From Podarcis tiliguerta (lineage: Eukaryota): 64,000 bases of DNA. How positions within the stretch are numbered: position 1 is the first letter of the stretch; each line of letters opens with the position of its first letter. This document shows positions 13,303 through 25,929 of this stretch, in pieces. The notes below the pieces were generated by a model. It was not told where the DNA came from. It made no database searches and saw only the letters and a list, made by a program, of their open reading frames with translations. The position numbers were made by a program, and so were the translations under genes. The stretch lies in NCBI GenBank assembly GCA_965153285.1, contig OZ229121.1. One strand, given 5' to 3'.

Positions 13303-14347
13303 GCAGGAGCAGCTGAAAAAGGATAAAATCCACATTTCCATTTTTAATTTTGTTTCTCGGGAGCAGCTAATGCAGGAGATTGGAATTCTGAATCTATTTG
13401 CATGACAGTGACTTGCAAGAGCAGACAACTGGGGTCCCTGTTGCAGGTCACCTTCAAAAACAGGTTTGTAACGTGTTCTGAAATCTCATAAAAAAGGCAC
13501 CTAGGAACCCCCTCTACTTATTTTAAACCTCAGCATTTTGGTGTGCCTTTTAAAAATATATATACAGATGTTCCACTTGACTTTATCAGCACTAGGTCTC
13601 TCTGCCACTCCAACTCTGTCCCTCCTGGCATCTTCAGGGAAAACCTGACATTACTGTACTGTACTTGCTTAATGGACCTCAAGTGTTGCTTGGGCAACAG
13701 CAAGACATCTTCATCTGACCCAGAGCAGCAGTAAGTTTTATCAATGCTGCACATTGATATAGGTCACCAGTGGGCTATTTACCATGTTTGTGTGTTTGTT
13801 TCCAATTTGGGACATCTACTGCAACACCTAAACATAGGACTAAGTTGGGGCTGCATGCTAGACTTCTTATTCTCCATTATCATTATTATTCCATATAGCA
13901 GCATATTGCGCACTGGCGGTTTTCTGCAAAAGGTGGTGGTGGGCGTGAAATAAACCACAATGACGATTTCGTTGGGGACACTGCCCGCTGAACACACTTT
14001 AATTTCACGACCGGAAAGGGCAGCTGAACTTCAGCGGGTCTCTTCCTTATTGCATGTTCCTATTGTCCCAGAGATCTGCGGCCCTCCCCGTGAAACAGGA
14101 GACCCCCGTGGTCGACTAAGGCGCCCGCCTCGCCATCATCTGTCCCCTCGGCGAGGGCGAAAGAGGCTTTGCAAACTCGCGCGCAGGATCCTCTAGGCCA
14201 CAGTTCCCCAAAAGCGCAGCCGAGCGCGCGCGCACACACACGCTCCTCCCCTCGGCCGGAGACGAGGCGGCAACCAGGCCGCCTTTCCCCAAGATCCGAC
14301 AGGCAGCTCCTCCTGTGGGCCTGGCAGGGGCCGGCGGGGAGGCGTGG

Positions 14348-14743
14348 TCACTGGCACGGCGTCTCTTCGGCGGGGCGCGCCGGGGCGGGGTTCCCGGCTG
14401 CGGCTTCCGGCGCCCCTTCGAAGAGCTGCTGGGGACTGTCCGCCAGCAGCGTGGCGCGCACTTTCCGCTTCTCCTTGAAGCGGCCCGAGCGGGAGATCTT
14501 AAGGTTCCGGCGGCTGCCCGAGTTGGGCTGCTGGGTCTCTTGAGAGTCCGAGGGGCTGGGCGCGGCGGGGAGCATCTCCGAGGGCTCAGGCACCTGCCGA
14601 GGAGGCCACGCAGCCGGAGTCGCAGCCGCTGGCGATTCCTTGGGCTTTTTCCTGCTGGTCAGCGATTTCCACCAGGCGCCCGAGGAGCCGCCTTTGGCCG
14701 CGGGCCCCGTCGAGGGGGCGGCCGTGCCGGCGCTCTCGGCCAT
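14348..14743 (-). CDS. PRR15: Proline-rich protein 15 (PRR15/ATAD4 family), 131 aa, single coding exon
   Basis: Diagnostic motifs WWKSLT.RKK.KE and [22 protein letters not shown]; Kozak AAGATGG; lies downstream of CHN2 on the same strand as in mammals. Confidence 0.95.
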   Translation of the reverse strand: MAESAGTAAPSTGPAAKGGSSGAWWKSLTSRKKPKESPAAATPAAWPPRQVPEPSEMLPAAPSPSDSQETQQPNSGSRRNLKISRSGRFKEKRKVRATLLADSPQQLFEGAPEAAAGNPAPARPAEETPCQ

Positions 14744-14825
14744 CTTCCGGAGGGCAGGAGGCGCCCGCGCGCCCCTTCCCGGTCAGTGGGGTCCTGGGCG
14801 ATGCGCTGCACTCGGGGCCGGTGGC

Positions 14826-14870
14826 CTGGAGGGGAGAACAAAGAGGAGGGAGGCTTGTTTAGTTGTTTAG
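14826..14870 (-). promoter_or_regulatory. PRR15: Splice acceptor of the PRR15 coding exon (exon starts 14825)
   Basis: Minus strand: CTAAAC branch-like motifs, then pyrimidine tract CCTCTTTGTTCTCCCCTCCAG|GCCACC. Confidence 0.75.
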
Positions 14871-15129
14871 CAGCAGGAACTGGAACCCTCACCGACTTGG
14901 GGTCCGCGGTAGGGAGGAGACATTTAAGGGGGTGCGGGAGACATCGGACGCACGGAGCGCGATTAGTAGGCTCCGTTGAAGGAACTGTCTAAGAGGGTCG
15001 TCGTAACCATACGCAGAGACTCCACTTCCATCTCATTTTATTATTTACTCGCTTCCAAATTGTGACGCCAGGGCTTTCTTGAGGCCGAGTGCCCCCTCCC
15101 CCCCCCCAAAGGCTGCGCCAAAAACGTTT

Positions 15130-15275
15130 TGGTTCATATAGGTCCTGAAGGATAGCGCCTTTGTTGAGCCTGAGACTCTTAATCTCAGGGTTGTGGGCGA
15201 AAGATGCCTGCACTGCAAGGAGTTGGACGAGATGATCCTTGTGGTCCCTTCAAACTCTACAGTTCTATAATTCTA
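15130..15275 (+). mobile_element. tRNA-derived SINE with CR1-like tail (degenerate)
   Basis: gagactcttaatctcagggttgtggg head and gatgatccttgtggtcccttc...tctata tail. Confidence 0.55.
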
Positions 15276-15329
15276 CCTGGAGTAGGACTAACATTGAATA
15301 TAACCCTCCCCCTCCAAAAAAGAGGGAGA

Positions 15330-15575
15330 TAGGTAAAGGGACCAGCCAGAGTACAGCTTCCGGGTCATGTGGCCAGCATGACTAAGCCGCTTCTGGCGAA
15401 CCAGAGCAGTGCACAGAAACGCCGTTTACCTTCCCGCCAGAGCAGTACCTATTTATCTACTTGCACTGGTGTGCTTTCGAACTGCTAGGTTGGCAGGGGC
15501 AGGGACCAAGCAATGGGAACCACCAACCTTCTGATTGGCAAGTCCTAGGCTCTGTGGTTTAACCCACAATGCCAC
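15330..15575 (-). mobile_element. Sauria SINE, internally deleted
   Basis: Homologous to the 1133 copy on the reverse strand. Confidence 0.85.
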
Positions 15576-16384
15576 AGAAATACCACTGCATAAATAGGAA
15601 GTGACCAGCTTGGGGGCATAATGGGGCTGATGAAAGCACTATGTTAGGAATGTGGGGGCTGGGCACTCCTGGTGATATTGGAGTGTATCTCCCATCACCA
15701 CTGGCCCTGGTGGGGACTGATATGGCCCTCCAGTTACTGTTGGACTCCCAGGTACCCCAACCCTTTCAGCCCAATAGTATGAAGTGAAGATTTGTAATCA
15801 TTTCCTTGTAAACCTATTAATAAAATAAAACAAAAACACATAAAGCAGTTTTCCAAATATGTAGCACCCCTAAATGTGCTAGGGTGCAGAGCCAACCAGG
15901 TAATACACTTTGCAGCAGCCCTCCTGCAAGATGCCGAAAGGAAGAAAAGCACTCTTGTTTTCTGCCCAGGAGGAGAGTTAATAAATGAATAAAAACCCTG
16001 AAGAAACAAGCTTGTGAAAAATGACGTCATCATACTAACCGAATCTCCTGCTAATAAATATGTATTTTATTATTTATTATATTTATATTATACACAGAAG
16101 AACCACCAGCATTGGTGCTTCAAGTCGTCTCACAGTTTTTTGAGAGTGTCAGTAAACAGTTATTTGAAGACTTTGGGCCTGCTCCTTATTAAGAATCCCA
16201 GAGTGGGCCACAACAATATCTTAAACCAGAAGCAGCCATAAAATATCAAAATTATATACAGCCCAGTGAGGAAGAGTGAATTCTCAACGTTCTCACCCAA
16301 ACTCCAGGGTAAATAAGTTTTCAAAAAGTGTCCAAAGGACCAGTGGGAGGGCGACTGCATTTCTGAGGTGTCTGAATTGAGAAT

Positions 16385-18542
16385 ATAGGCAGGATTCAGT
16401 AGACATTATGTACTTAAATTTCAAAAAACTTTCAATAAAGTCCCTCGCCAAAGACTCCTGAGCAAACTAGAAGTCATGGAATAAGGAGACAGGTCATGGA
16501 TCAGTAACTGGTCCCAGAACAGGAAGCGGAGAGTTGGAATGAATGGACTGTTCTCAAATGGGAGGGATGTAAGAAGTGGAATCCCTCAAGGATCTGTACT
16601 GTGTCACTTCATAAATAATATGAAGTTAGGAGAAAGTACTGAGACGCCCAAGTCTGCTGATAGCACACAACTGTTGAGGATGGCTAAAACAAAAAGGGGT
16701 TGAGAAGAGTTCGAAACAGAACTCTCCCGAATTGTCAGAAACGCATTAAAATGCCAAATATGACTCAATGTAAGCAAGTATAAAGCGATGCACATTGGGT
16801 CAAAAACAACAACAACATCCCAAACTTCATATATGCCAGTGGTGTCTGATCTGACAGTGACTATCTGGAAAAGAGATCTTAGGAATCATAGTTAATAGGT
16901 CAGTGAAAATGTCCAACTCCATGTGTGCAGCTGTAAAAAAAATCAAAACCCATGTCTACTAAGATCATTAGGAAGGGAATTGAAAAGGAAACTGCATAAT
17001 TCGGTTGTACAAATATATGGTGTGATAACACTTGAAATACTTTGTATAGTTCTGGGTGTCATACCTCAAAGGAAATATCCTAGAAAAGGAAGAAGTGCAG
17101 AAAAGGTGCATCCCAAATGATCAAAGGACTGAAGCAACTTCCCTATGAGGAAATCTACATTTGGGACTTTAAAGTTTAGGTGGGAAGTAAGGGGAGACAG
17201 GATAGAGATGTATAAAAAAAGAGATGCATAGTGTGAAGAAAGTGGATTAGAGGTATTTTCTCCCTCATACTAGAAAAGGGTCAGCAAGCATTTTTTCCAG
17301 CCCAATGGCTGCACTTACCAATGGCCAACCTTCTGAGAATTGCATGCAAAAGTGGGTGTGGCCGAAGTGTATAAGTGGGTGTGGTCTTAAAAAAAAAATA
17401 CACACTTGGAGATATCACAAGTACCTTCTGGCATTCCATAATCACAACAGGGGGTCTTGAAGGAGTGGTCCATACCAGAATATGTGTGTGCGTGTGTATA
17501 ATTTTTTATATTTAGAAATTTAAGAAACCTTTCTGCATGGATCGTTAGGAATGGTCATTTAATTATTATTTTTTTAAATGACAATTATGTACTGCTTGAA
17601 GGCTTCAAGTTATTTGTTCCTGTACAAGAGCCTGGGGTCATGCAATGAAGCTCTTGGAAGATTCAAGATGGGCAAAAGAAATGCACCACACAGTACATAG
17701 CTAAATAGTGTACAGTAAGCCTGTAACTTAAGTGGGTGTTATGTTTTGGGGATCGTGCCTAAAGCCAGAATCACACACAGTCAAAGCACTTTGGGTGCAA
17801 TGGCAGGTGAGATTACCAATGTATTTTTTCCTGGATGTCTGCTCCCTTAAATTTATTTATTGTTAAGTACATAAAGCGGGTGGCGCTGTGGGTTAAACCA
17901 CAAAGCCTAGGACTTGCTGATCAGAAGGTTGGCGGTTCGAATCCCCACGACCGGTTGGGCTCCCGTTGCTCGGTCCTAGCTCCTGCCCACCTAGCAGTTC
18001 GAAAGCACGTCAAAGTGCAAGTAGATAAATAGGTACCGCTCTGGCAGGAAGGTAAACGGCGTTTCCGTGCGCTGCTCTGGTTTGCCAGAAGCGGCTTAGT
18101 CATGCTGGCCACATAACCCGGAAGCTGTACGCCGGCTCCCTTGGCCAGTAAAGCGAGATGAGTGCCGCAACCCCAGAGTCGGCCACGACTGGACCTAATG
18201 GTCAGGGGTCCCTTTACCTTTACCTAAAGCTGAATGTGCCCAAGTTAAATGCACATAAGTTGCGGGTTTATTGTAATTCTCTACTACTGTATGTAGTAAT
18301 GCCCAAAAACTTGGATGGTTTCAGAAGGGAATTCGACAAATAATGAAGGATAAGGCTCTCAAAGGCTTATTGAGGATGTGTGTACCACCACTACGAAAGA
18401 CAGTGTGCTGGGTACCACAAATGCTGTTAAACTTGTGTCCTGCTTGTGGGTTCCCCATAGGCATCTAATTGGCCACTCTGAAAATAGGATGTGGGACTAG
18501 ATGGTCCTTTGGTCTCGCTCAGTAGGCCACTTCTTATGTCTT
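16385..18542 (+). mobile_element. Old fragmented CR1 LINE (pieces about 16385-17275, 17625-17710, 18290-18542)
   Basis: Degenerate RT DNA (gtagacatt...tttcaaaaa..tt.ataaagtccc; agtggaatccctcaaggatctgtact) and a CR1 3' end; interrupted by younger inserts. Confidence 0.75.
17876..18225 (+). mobile_element. Sauria SINE, near full length
   Basis: High identity to the 1133 copy; ACCTTT tail. Confidence 0.92.
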
Positions 18543-21326
18543 GCTTACGTTGTTTTTGAACTCTGCTTCTTGGTCTAATGTTCATTGAGAAGGCTTAGGG
18601 TTGCAGTTTATTAATGGCAAAGTGCAAGCTAATGGTCTTGAAAACCAAGAGGTCTAATGTCCACAGAACTGGGCAACATTTTGCATTAAGACAATTTGTC
18701 AGTGTCTTATCATATTTGCTTCTAACAGCAGTAGCCTACGCATGTCTACTCACAAGTAAGTTCCATTGAATTTAATGGGACTTACTCCCAGATAAAGACA
18801 GGATTGAGCGGGACTCAGCTGTTCTCAACCTGCCACTGTTGATAGATTTCATAGGATAGGAACTGTGTCCATTCCTAAGCACATTGGTGAGGAAACTATG
18901 CAAACTTTAATTCATCTAGAATGCTGTGGAGAGTTAAAACCTTTCCACACTGCATAACCTTCTTTTGTACTAATGAAGTCATTAGCAGTAGTTAAACCTT
19001 TCCAAGACTGGCTAAGCAACCAAGAATTCAGTTGCTTAGCACAATTCATCAAAAGCTTCTTTGGTTTGAAGATTTAAACAGAGACTTGTAGTATTTCCAG
19101 TACACTGGGTTTCTGATCCAGCAGTACCTCCTGACAAGTCCAGCTAGAGTTGAACATTTGCAGCAAAGTTCAGCACCATCAGCTTACAAAAATTTGCTAA
19201 GTGGGATTGAAATGTTAACTTTTCAGGTTTGTGAATTTTGCATTGGTATGCTGTTTACAGCAGACAATGGGAACAAAATGATTTGGTCTTAGGCCAAAAC
19301 CACCCAAACTGAGTGAGCAGAAAACTGCAGTTCAGCATAAGTTTCACTGAACTCAGTACCCCAACTTCCAAGTAAACATGGATAAGGATGGATTGTGAGC
19401 CAGTTGAGACCTAGCCACCTTGTGCAGAGCAAAATTTGATTCAAAGTAGAAGAGACATAATTAAAAATGTATTCTATATTCTAGTTTCAGCATATCTGCA
19501 TAATCAGATATACCAAATTATCAGTGCTGTCTCGGTTGGGATTGTTTCTTCTCTTCTCCATTCCCTTTGAACGCATGGCACAAATATAGCTCATTTTTCT
19601 GCACTTTCGGAATTTCTTTTTAATTCATTCCTTGAAGGCGTACAGACACCAGATACATGTACTGTAGATCTCATTTGCTCCCTAATTGTGGCCTACTGTC
19701 TGATCAGACTTAAATGCAGTTGTCCATCTAAGTTCCAATAATTGACAGGCAGATACCTTAAGGAAATATTCAAACAAATCACAATAGTAATGGCTACTCC
19801 TTTTTCCCCCTCCCAGGACCTGGAAGTCAGACATATATATACACCCACCCTGGGGGTATCTTATGACAAAGGGTGAGATGTTAATAAATAATAGTACACT
19901 GTCTCTGAACATGGAGGTTCAATTTAGCTATCATGGCTCTGTGGCATGGAGACTGAGGATCAATTTCCTAGGACTACTTCACCCTGGGAGTTGAACTGCT
20001 AGGAGGAGACAGTCACATGCGTGCCCCTTCCGTTCTGCAAACTTAACTCACTGGTTTTCTATTTTGTGCACACATCGGCTGAGTCACTACATAAGTGGTT
20101 GTTCTCCATGCAGCTGCAGAAGCCAATGATAAATGTTTCTGTAAAAGTTCGCTGGTGGTGTTCCTTCAGCTTGATAAGGAAATGGAAGGCAAACCTTGCT
20201 CCTTCCTACAAGGGAGCTTTCAGATTTTGCACAGCCTTATCACACAAACAGTGCTATGGTTTGTCATCATAAACTGATGATCATGACAGGTAGGGCCAGG
20301 CACTTTAGAAACTCTCTCCTAAATCTTCAACATGCTTTCATTTCTGAGAAGTTTCCTGCTTGCTTGTGAAGCAAGAAAACATTCTTGCTGTGTTGAATGA
20401 TGGAACATTCATACTGGCTGCACTGGGGCCAGGATTTCACCCACAGCGTGTGGTATTTTGTACACGTAGAATCCATCGAGCAGAGTGCAACTCACTGAAT
20501 TGCTGCAAAGACCAGAATGAGGCAGGTTCCTTCGAACAGCAGGTAAAAGTGATAAACTAGGTTTTTTTTGGAATGGTTAATTGCAACATTTATCTAATAG
20601 TGGCGGCCGCCTTTGCAGCAGGACTTGGATATTGAGGTAGCAGCTCTATGTTGCGTTTGTTAATTAAGCTTGTTGCAAGTCATAGCTGGAGGGCCCAAGT
20701 TGCACCTGTACTGTGCAAGGAAACAACTCAGCAGGTGCAATTGAGGACACAGCAGAAAAATGCACTTTATAACTGGGTTTTTTTTTTATGGCTAGATAAC
20801 CCTTAGCTGTCAACATTTTGCTAATTTGAAAGGTGGGGTGAAACTGGGGAATTTTTTAATAGTAGAGCTATAATCCCCAAACTGCATCGCCCGCTATACA
20901 CATGCTTCTTTAGGATTGCCCTTTACCGGTTGCTTAATCCAGAGCTACTGGAGGAAAAACATAGCCTGTTGGATTTCTGCCTATTATGCAGAAAGGGAGG
21001 GAAGGAGTGTGTACATGTGTAAATAGCAACCCTCCATTTCAGAGCTCTTCAGAGATTACAGTAGTGTACTGGGACCCTCAGACATAGTTGCCGTTAAGTT
21101 CATTCAGCGGGATTATAAAACTGACCCCATGCACCTTTAATCAGAAGAAAGCCCAGATATCTTCAGTGGGGCTTGCTGCCAAGTACATGACCCAGGATTG
21201 CAGCCTTGGACTGCAATCTTGTACATACTTAGCTAGCAACAAGTCCCACTGAAATGAAAGGGGCTTTCCTCAGAGCAAACATGTGCAGAACGGCACTGTT
21301 AGTTCACGGCACGTGCCTTTGGGATT

Positions 21327-21600
21327 GAATCGTAGAACCGTAGGGCTGCAAGGGACCCAAGGGGTCATCTAGTCCAACCCCCTGCAACGCAGGGATAAAT
21401 TAAGAGTGTTGGACTATCACTTGGGAGGCCAGAGTTCAAATCCCCACTCAGCCATGAAGCTCACTGGGTGACCTTGGGGCCAGTCACCATCCCTTAGCCT
21501 AACCTACCTCACAGGGTTTTTTGTGAGGATGAAATGAGGAGGGAGAACCACGTACACCACCTTGAGATCCTTGGAAGATAAAGGTAATAAATCTGCAAAT
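21327..21600. mobile_element. CR1-type 3' end (-, about 21327-21394) followed by a MIR-like tRNA SINE (+, about 21400-21600)
   Basis: gaatcgtagaaccgtag...tctagtccaacccc; then gttcaaatcccc B-box and gtgaccttgg core. Confidence 0.65.
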
Positions 21601-21689
21601 AGTAATAAATTTATAAATAAATAAATAAATCAGTTTGATTCCCTCCCCCCTTTTTTTCCCTTTCTCCTCCTATGAAGAGATTGCACCCT

Positions 21690-21807
21690 AATGTTTTAAT
21701 GTTGTATCTTAATCTTTTAAATTGTATTTTAATCAGCTTGTTTTTATTATTGGTTGTTAGCCGCCCTAAGCCCGGTCTTGGCTGGGGAGGGCGGGGTATA
21801 AATAAAC

Positions 21808-21838
<31 letters not shown>

Positions 21839-21883
21839 TACCAGATAGATAGATAGATAGATAGATGGATGGATAGATAGATA
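21690..21883 (+). repeat. L2-type 3' tail with (TAT)n, followed by (AGAT/GGAT)n microsatellite
   Basis: gccgccc...gggcggggtataaat tail followed by simple repeats. Confidence 0.75.
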
Positions 21884-21949
21884 GAATCCCATGCACACTT
21901 CTTGGGGAATAAGTCCCACTCAACTCACCGTGCTAAAGCAAGAAAATCC

Positions 21950-22960
21950 CCAATTGCCCCGCATCAGCCACGCTGAAGCGCCCTTGCGTCCGCACTTAGG
22001 GCAGCTGACAGGAAGGAGGTGGCAGCCCAGCTCCGCGCCAGCCCACGCAGCATCTTTTGCCGGCTGCTCCCCCTCCCCCTGACCAGGCTCAGGAAGCCCC
22101 CCTCCCTCCCTCCCGTCTCTCAGGCGCGCCCCTCCCCCTTGCCTTTCATGTTGCATGCAAGGTGCGCTCGTGCCAGGTGAGCAGCGCGCGCCCTTAGCGC
22201 TGCGCGACAGGTGGGCGCCTCTGGGCAGATTCCCCCCCCCTCCAGGTCACGCGCGCGCAAGACGCAGGCGGAGAGGGCTCTTGCCGGGCACCTGTTGAAG
22301 AGAGCACCTGCCGGCTGAGGAGAAAGCAAGCGAAGGCGCGTCCTCGTGGGCTCTCACCTGTGCGCCGGAGAAGCGTCTCTTCTTCTTCCTCCTCCTCTTC
22401 TTTTTCTTCTTCCCCCTGAGAAGCGGGGCTGGAGGGAGTCAGTCCATCCTCTCGCCGAGAGCGTCGTTACCTGGGCGTCCTTCTCTGAGGGAACTACTCG
22501 CTGCCGCAGCAACAGGCTGACTCTTGAGAGCGCGAGCGAGCCAGGGGAACTTGGCCTCCTTCCGGCGCCCGCCCGCTCCAAAAGGGAGCGCCAACTTTCG
22601 CAGGTGAAGAACAATCCGCCGTCGGAAGCCGGCCTTTCAGCTAGCCGTCTCTAGGGACGACCGCGAGCTGCTGGGGGGGGGGGGCGCTTGGGAAAGAGCG
22701 GCCGCGCTGTAAGGGAGCCAGCTTTCTCTCGCGCGCGCTTTTCGTGGCGAGGGAATCCCACCCGCCCGACTCACTTTCCTCGAAAGGTCTGAGCGGTGCA
22801 CCTGATGCTCAGGCAACAAGGAAGCAGGTGCAGGTGAGCCCTCGAGAAGGGACCCCGCCCCTTCTCCTCCTCCCTAAACGGGATTGGTCCCTCTCGCAGT
22901 GGCAGCTGGACAACGATTGGCCTGGGAAGAAGAAGAAGGAGTAGTAGCACGGTATAAATC
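21950..22960 (-). promoter_or_regulatory. PRR15: CpG-island promoter and probable non-coding exon 1 of PRR15
   Basis: Dense CpG; GC box near 22853; minus-strand CCAAT near 22883 and 22916; minus-strand donors CAG|GTGAGA (exon end 22358) and CAG|GTAACG (exon end 22471). Linking this island to PRR15 is an inference. Confidence 0.7.
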
Positions 22961-25929
22961 AAGAGGCGAAGGGAGTTACAGGGCACAACTTTGATCTCTT
23001 TTGGAAGCTGGCCATGGCGGCAGCACACAACTTGGCTCCCTTCCTCAGCCCTGCGCTGATTTCCTTGTAATGCTGTCATGAGTTCTCCCCGCTTCTGGCA
23101 GTCTTGGTGCCCATGTGACCATTTGGCTAGGAGCAGGGATGAGAGAGAGCCAGGCACAGCCGTTCTCTTAAGGCTTCGTAAAACCCTGCTTGTTTCGTGG
23201 AGTGCTTTCCGTTGCCCACATTTTGTGTGGTGTTTTAGGCCGAGTGTTCCCAAGTTGTGATAAGTCTTAGGATGTGTCTGTAGGGGGTGGTTGTCTGGGC
23301 TCTGGGGGCTGAACTAGTGTGCCTGATTCACCCAGGCAACCCTAAGCAATCACAGCAAAACTGAAGCGGCTGCAGAGTCCACATGTCCCACAAAACACGG
23401 GATAACACAGCAGTTCCTGTTAATGGGCACTTCTGCAACCAGAATGCTCCTTTGCAGAGCTAGCTGGGGTTTTTTTTGCCCCGGGTGAAGGTTTCAGAGG
23501 GGCACCATTGAGGCTCCCCACTGTATGTATTTGAAATTGCGTGGGGTGCCGCCAAACAACTGGGTCTTTGATCCCACACACTTTCTTTGTATGAAGTTTT
23601 AACAAATTTGAGAGCATTTCCAAGTAAACTTGTGTAAGATCTGGCTGTATATTCATAGGAGTGTTTTTTTAAGTGAAACAGGTCATGTGCAGTGGCTTCA
23701 GGCAATAGTGTGAAGGCAGCGCTGCCCAATAGTCGAATGCTGGCCTTGGGCACTTGAGATTTGAGTTAACAATTAGATAGTTTTGGGCAAGTCATTAATT
23801 TTCACAACCTGGATCTTATCTATAAAAAACTCTCCTCATTCTAGAGAGCTCACCATTTATCTATCCTGCCACCTAAATCTCAAAATAATTTGAGAATTTC
23901 TTTCTCCACAACAGATTCCAGCCCTCAGGAATTTAAGGATGGTGTGTACAAGCAGCAATTGTTTTAGCCGCGTCTGGTATGTGTGTGCAACTAAACCTGG
24001 AAGCGACCCAAAAACGTCATGAAAGCATCACAAAAGGAGCAGAATGGGACAGGGGCGGGGACGGAATGGGGGCTTTTCCAATGGTGTTTCAGATATATGC
24101 AATTTCACTTAAACACATGGTGCCATGGAATGTAATCGCCATGTAAATTGGGAGTTGCCTGTATAATAAAATAAGCAGGTTCTTTGAGCTTCTCTGAAGT
24201 TGTTTTAGGAAGGGAGCCTTGCAAGGTACCTGAGACAGGGAACAGGTGGGCACAACAGAGTTAGCATGATGGATACAAAGAGCATTGGAGGGCTTTCTGA
24301 ACTTGTTGAAAGTTATCAGTACAAAACAGTCGCAAGATTTCACACGGACTTCAGAAGACCTTTATGCACTTCTTGTGTTTATATAGTAGCAGTTTAGTTG
24401 GAAATGAAGACACTGTGTCCTGTTACTGACCCCTTTAAAGGCCTTGATATATTTGCCACCAGTCTACAGGCTCGCAGTGTACTTAAGAGTTTGGAGATGC
24501 ATCAGAGAGCACAAGAGACGCTGGGGAATGTGTGTCAGGGATGTTTGTATGTGAAGTTCAAGGTACGCGAAGTACCCTTCCGCAAATAAATTGCGGAAGC
24601 CCACCAGTGAAATGATGGCTTTTTAGGCAGAGATCAGTTCTACCTCTTGAGACCTCATTGCCAGATTTCAGTATGGACTTTGGGCACAGCGCTGGGAAGT
24701 ATTATGTAGTCATTGTATTATGTACAATGCATCTTGAGCTCAAAAAACAAACTGGCAAAACCAGTTTCCATAAAATAGTACAAGAAGAAACTTCTGTAAT
24801 ATAGTTCAGCGTGTTTTCTCATTCAGGCACTTAATAAGCCTTTGAATAATGTGATTCAACATACTGAGAGCCATGTGGAAGAAAAGGAAATAATAAAAGG
24901 GAGTACATTTCTTGGATAACATAATGTAGCTTTCTTCCATACTTGAGTTTTGTATTAAAATTGGTAAGATAATGATAGGTGACTGTAGTACTTAATACCA
25001 GGAAACTAAAACATAAAATATAGTATCTTCTATCTTGTTAAGATAGGCAAAGGAAAGAGAAACATGGTCAGGTGAAATGTAGGAAGTTGTATGAATCTTA
25101 GAACACCTGATAAGTCTATATATTATTTGAATTACTTTTATATTAGTTCTAGCAGCAAAATCATTTTTAAACAATTTGTTGCATGTAAACTGTATGAAAA
25201 ATGTGCAGATCCTTAAACCAATTTTTTTTAAAAAAATGCATAGAGAAACCAAGTGTTTTCGCTTGCAGTGAAAATTACAGACAGGGACTCAACACATTTA
25301 ATGGGATATTTCTCCCCCCTTTCCATTTACACTATCATAAATTACAAAGCATATTTCACTTCACAAAATAAAACCATTTCCATACCATTTTATGACAGTA
25401 TTTAGTACATAAACCTACAACAATTGAAATCTGTACAACTTAGGAGAATCCCTTCTAGCATTGTACCAGCAAAGCAGACCTCACTTACATCTGGCCTGCA
25501 GCCTGGGTCTGTCTACTTAGCCCTTGGTGACCTATGTAAAGGATAACTGATATACATTATTTCATGTGCCTCCTTTTGTCTTTACTCTTTCTTCATTATC
25601 CATGTTGCACACTCCCCACCCCAATTTTAATAGAAACCTATGCTCCCTGAAATAATTCAGAAAACAGCATAATTGGGTTTTGAAACTTAGGATTTGTACA
25701 AATCAAGAGCAGAGCTCAATAGAGTCTTTTGTATTGCAAATTCAGTTTCGTAATAAACTATGCTACCTTTGTGTTTGAAATATTTGTACAAAAAAATCTC
25801 ACGATGAGAAAATTCCATGTGAGAAAAAAGTCTAATATTAGGATGAATTTCATTATATTGCATTGAGAGGTCAACCTTTTGAAAGATACCCCCCCCCCCG
25901 AGATTTGGTAATATACCAATTCTCTATCC

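Larger units (their letters stand above)
14080..15130. promoter_or_regulatory. CpG island over the PRR15 coding exon
   Basis: Very GC-rich with dense CpG compared with the CpG-depleted flanks. Confidence 0.85.

Noticed and set aside
14315-14992. 225-aa + strand ORF and other overlapping ORFs
   Set aside because: Antisense shadow of GC-rich PRR15 and its CpG island; non-ATG start and low-complexity R/G/A translation.
22771-23253. 160-aa minus ORF near the island
   Set aside because: Non-ATG start; the Leu run comes from a (CTT) repeat; no homology recognised.
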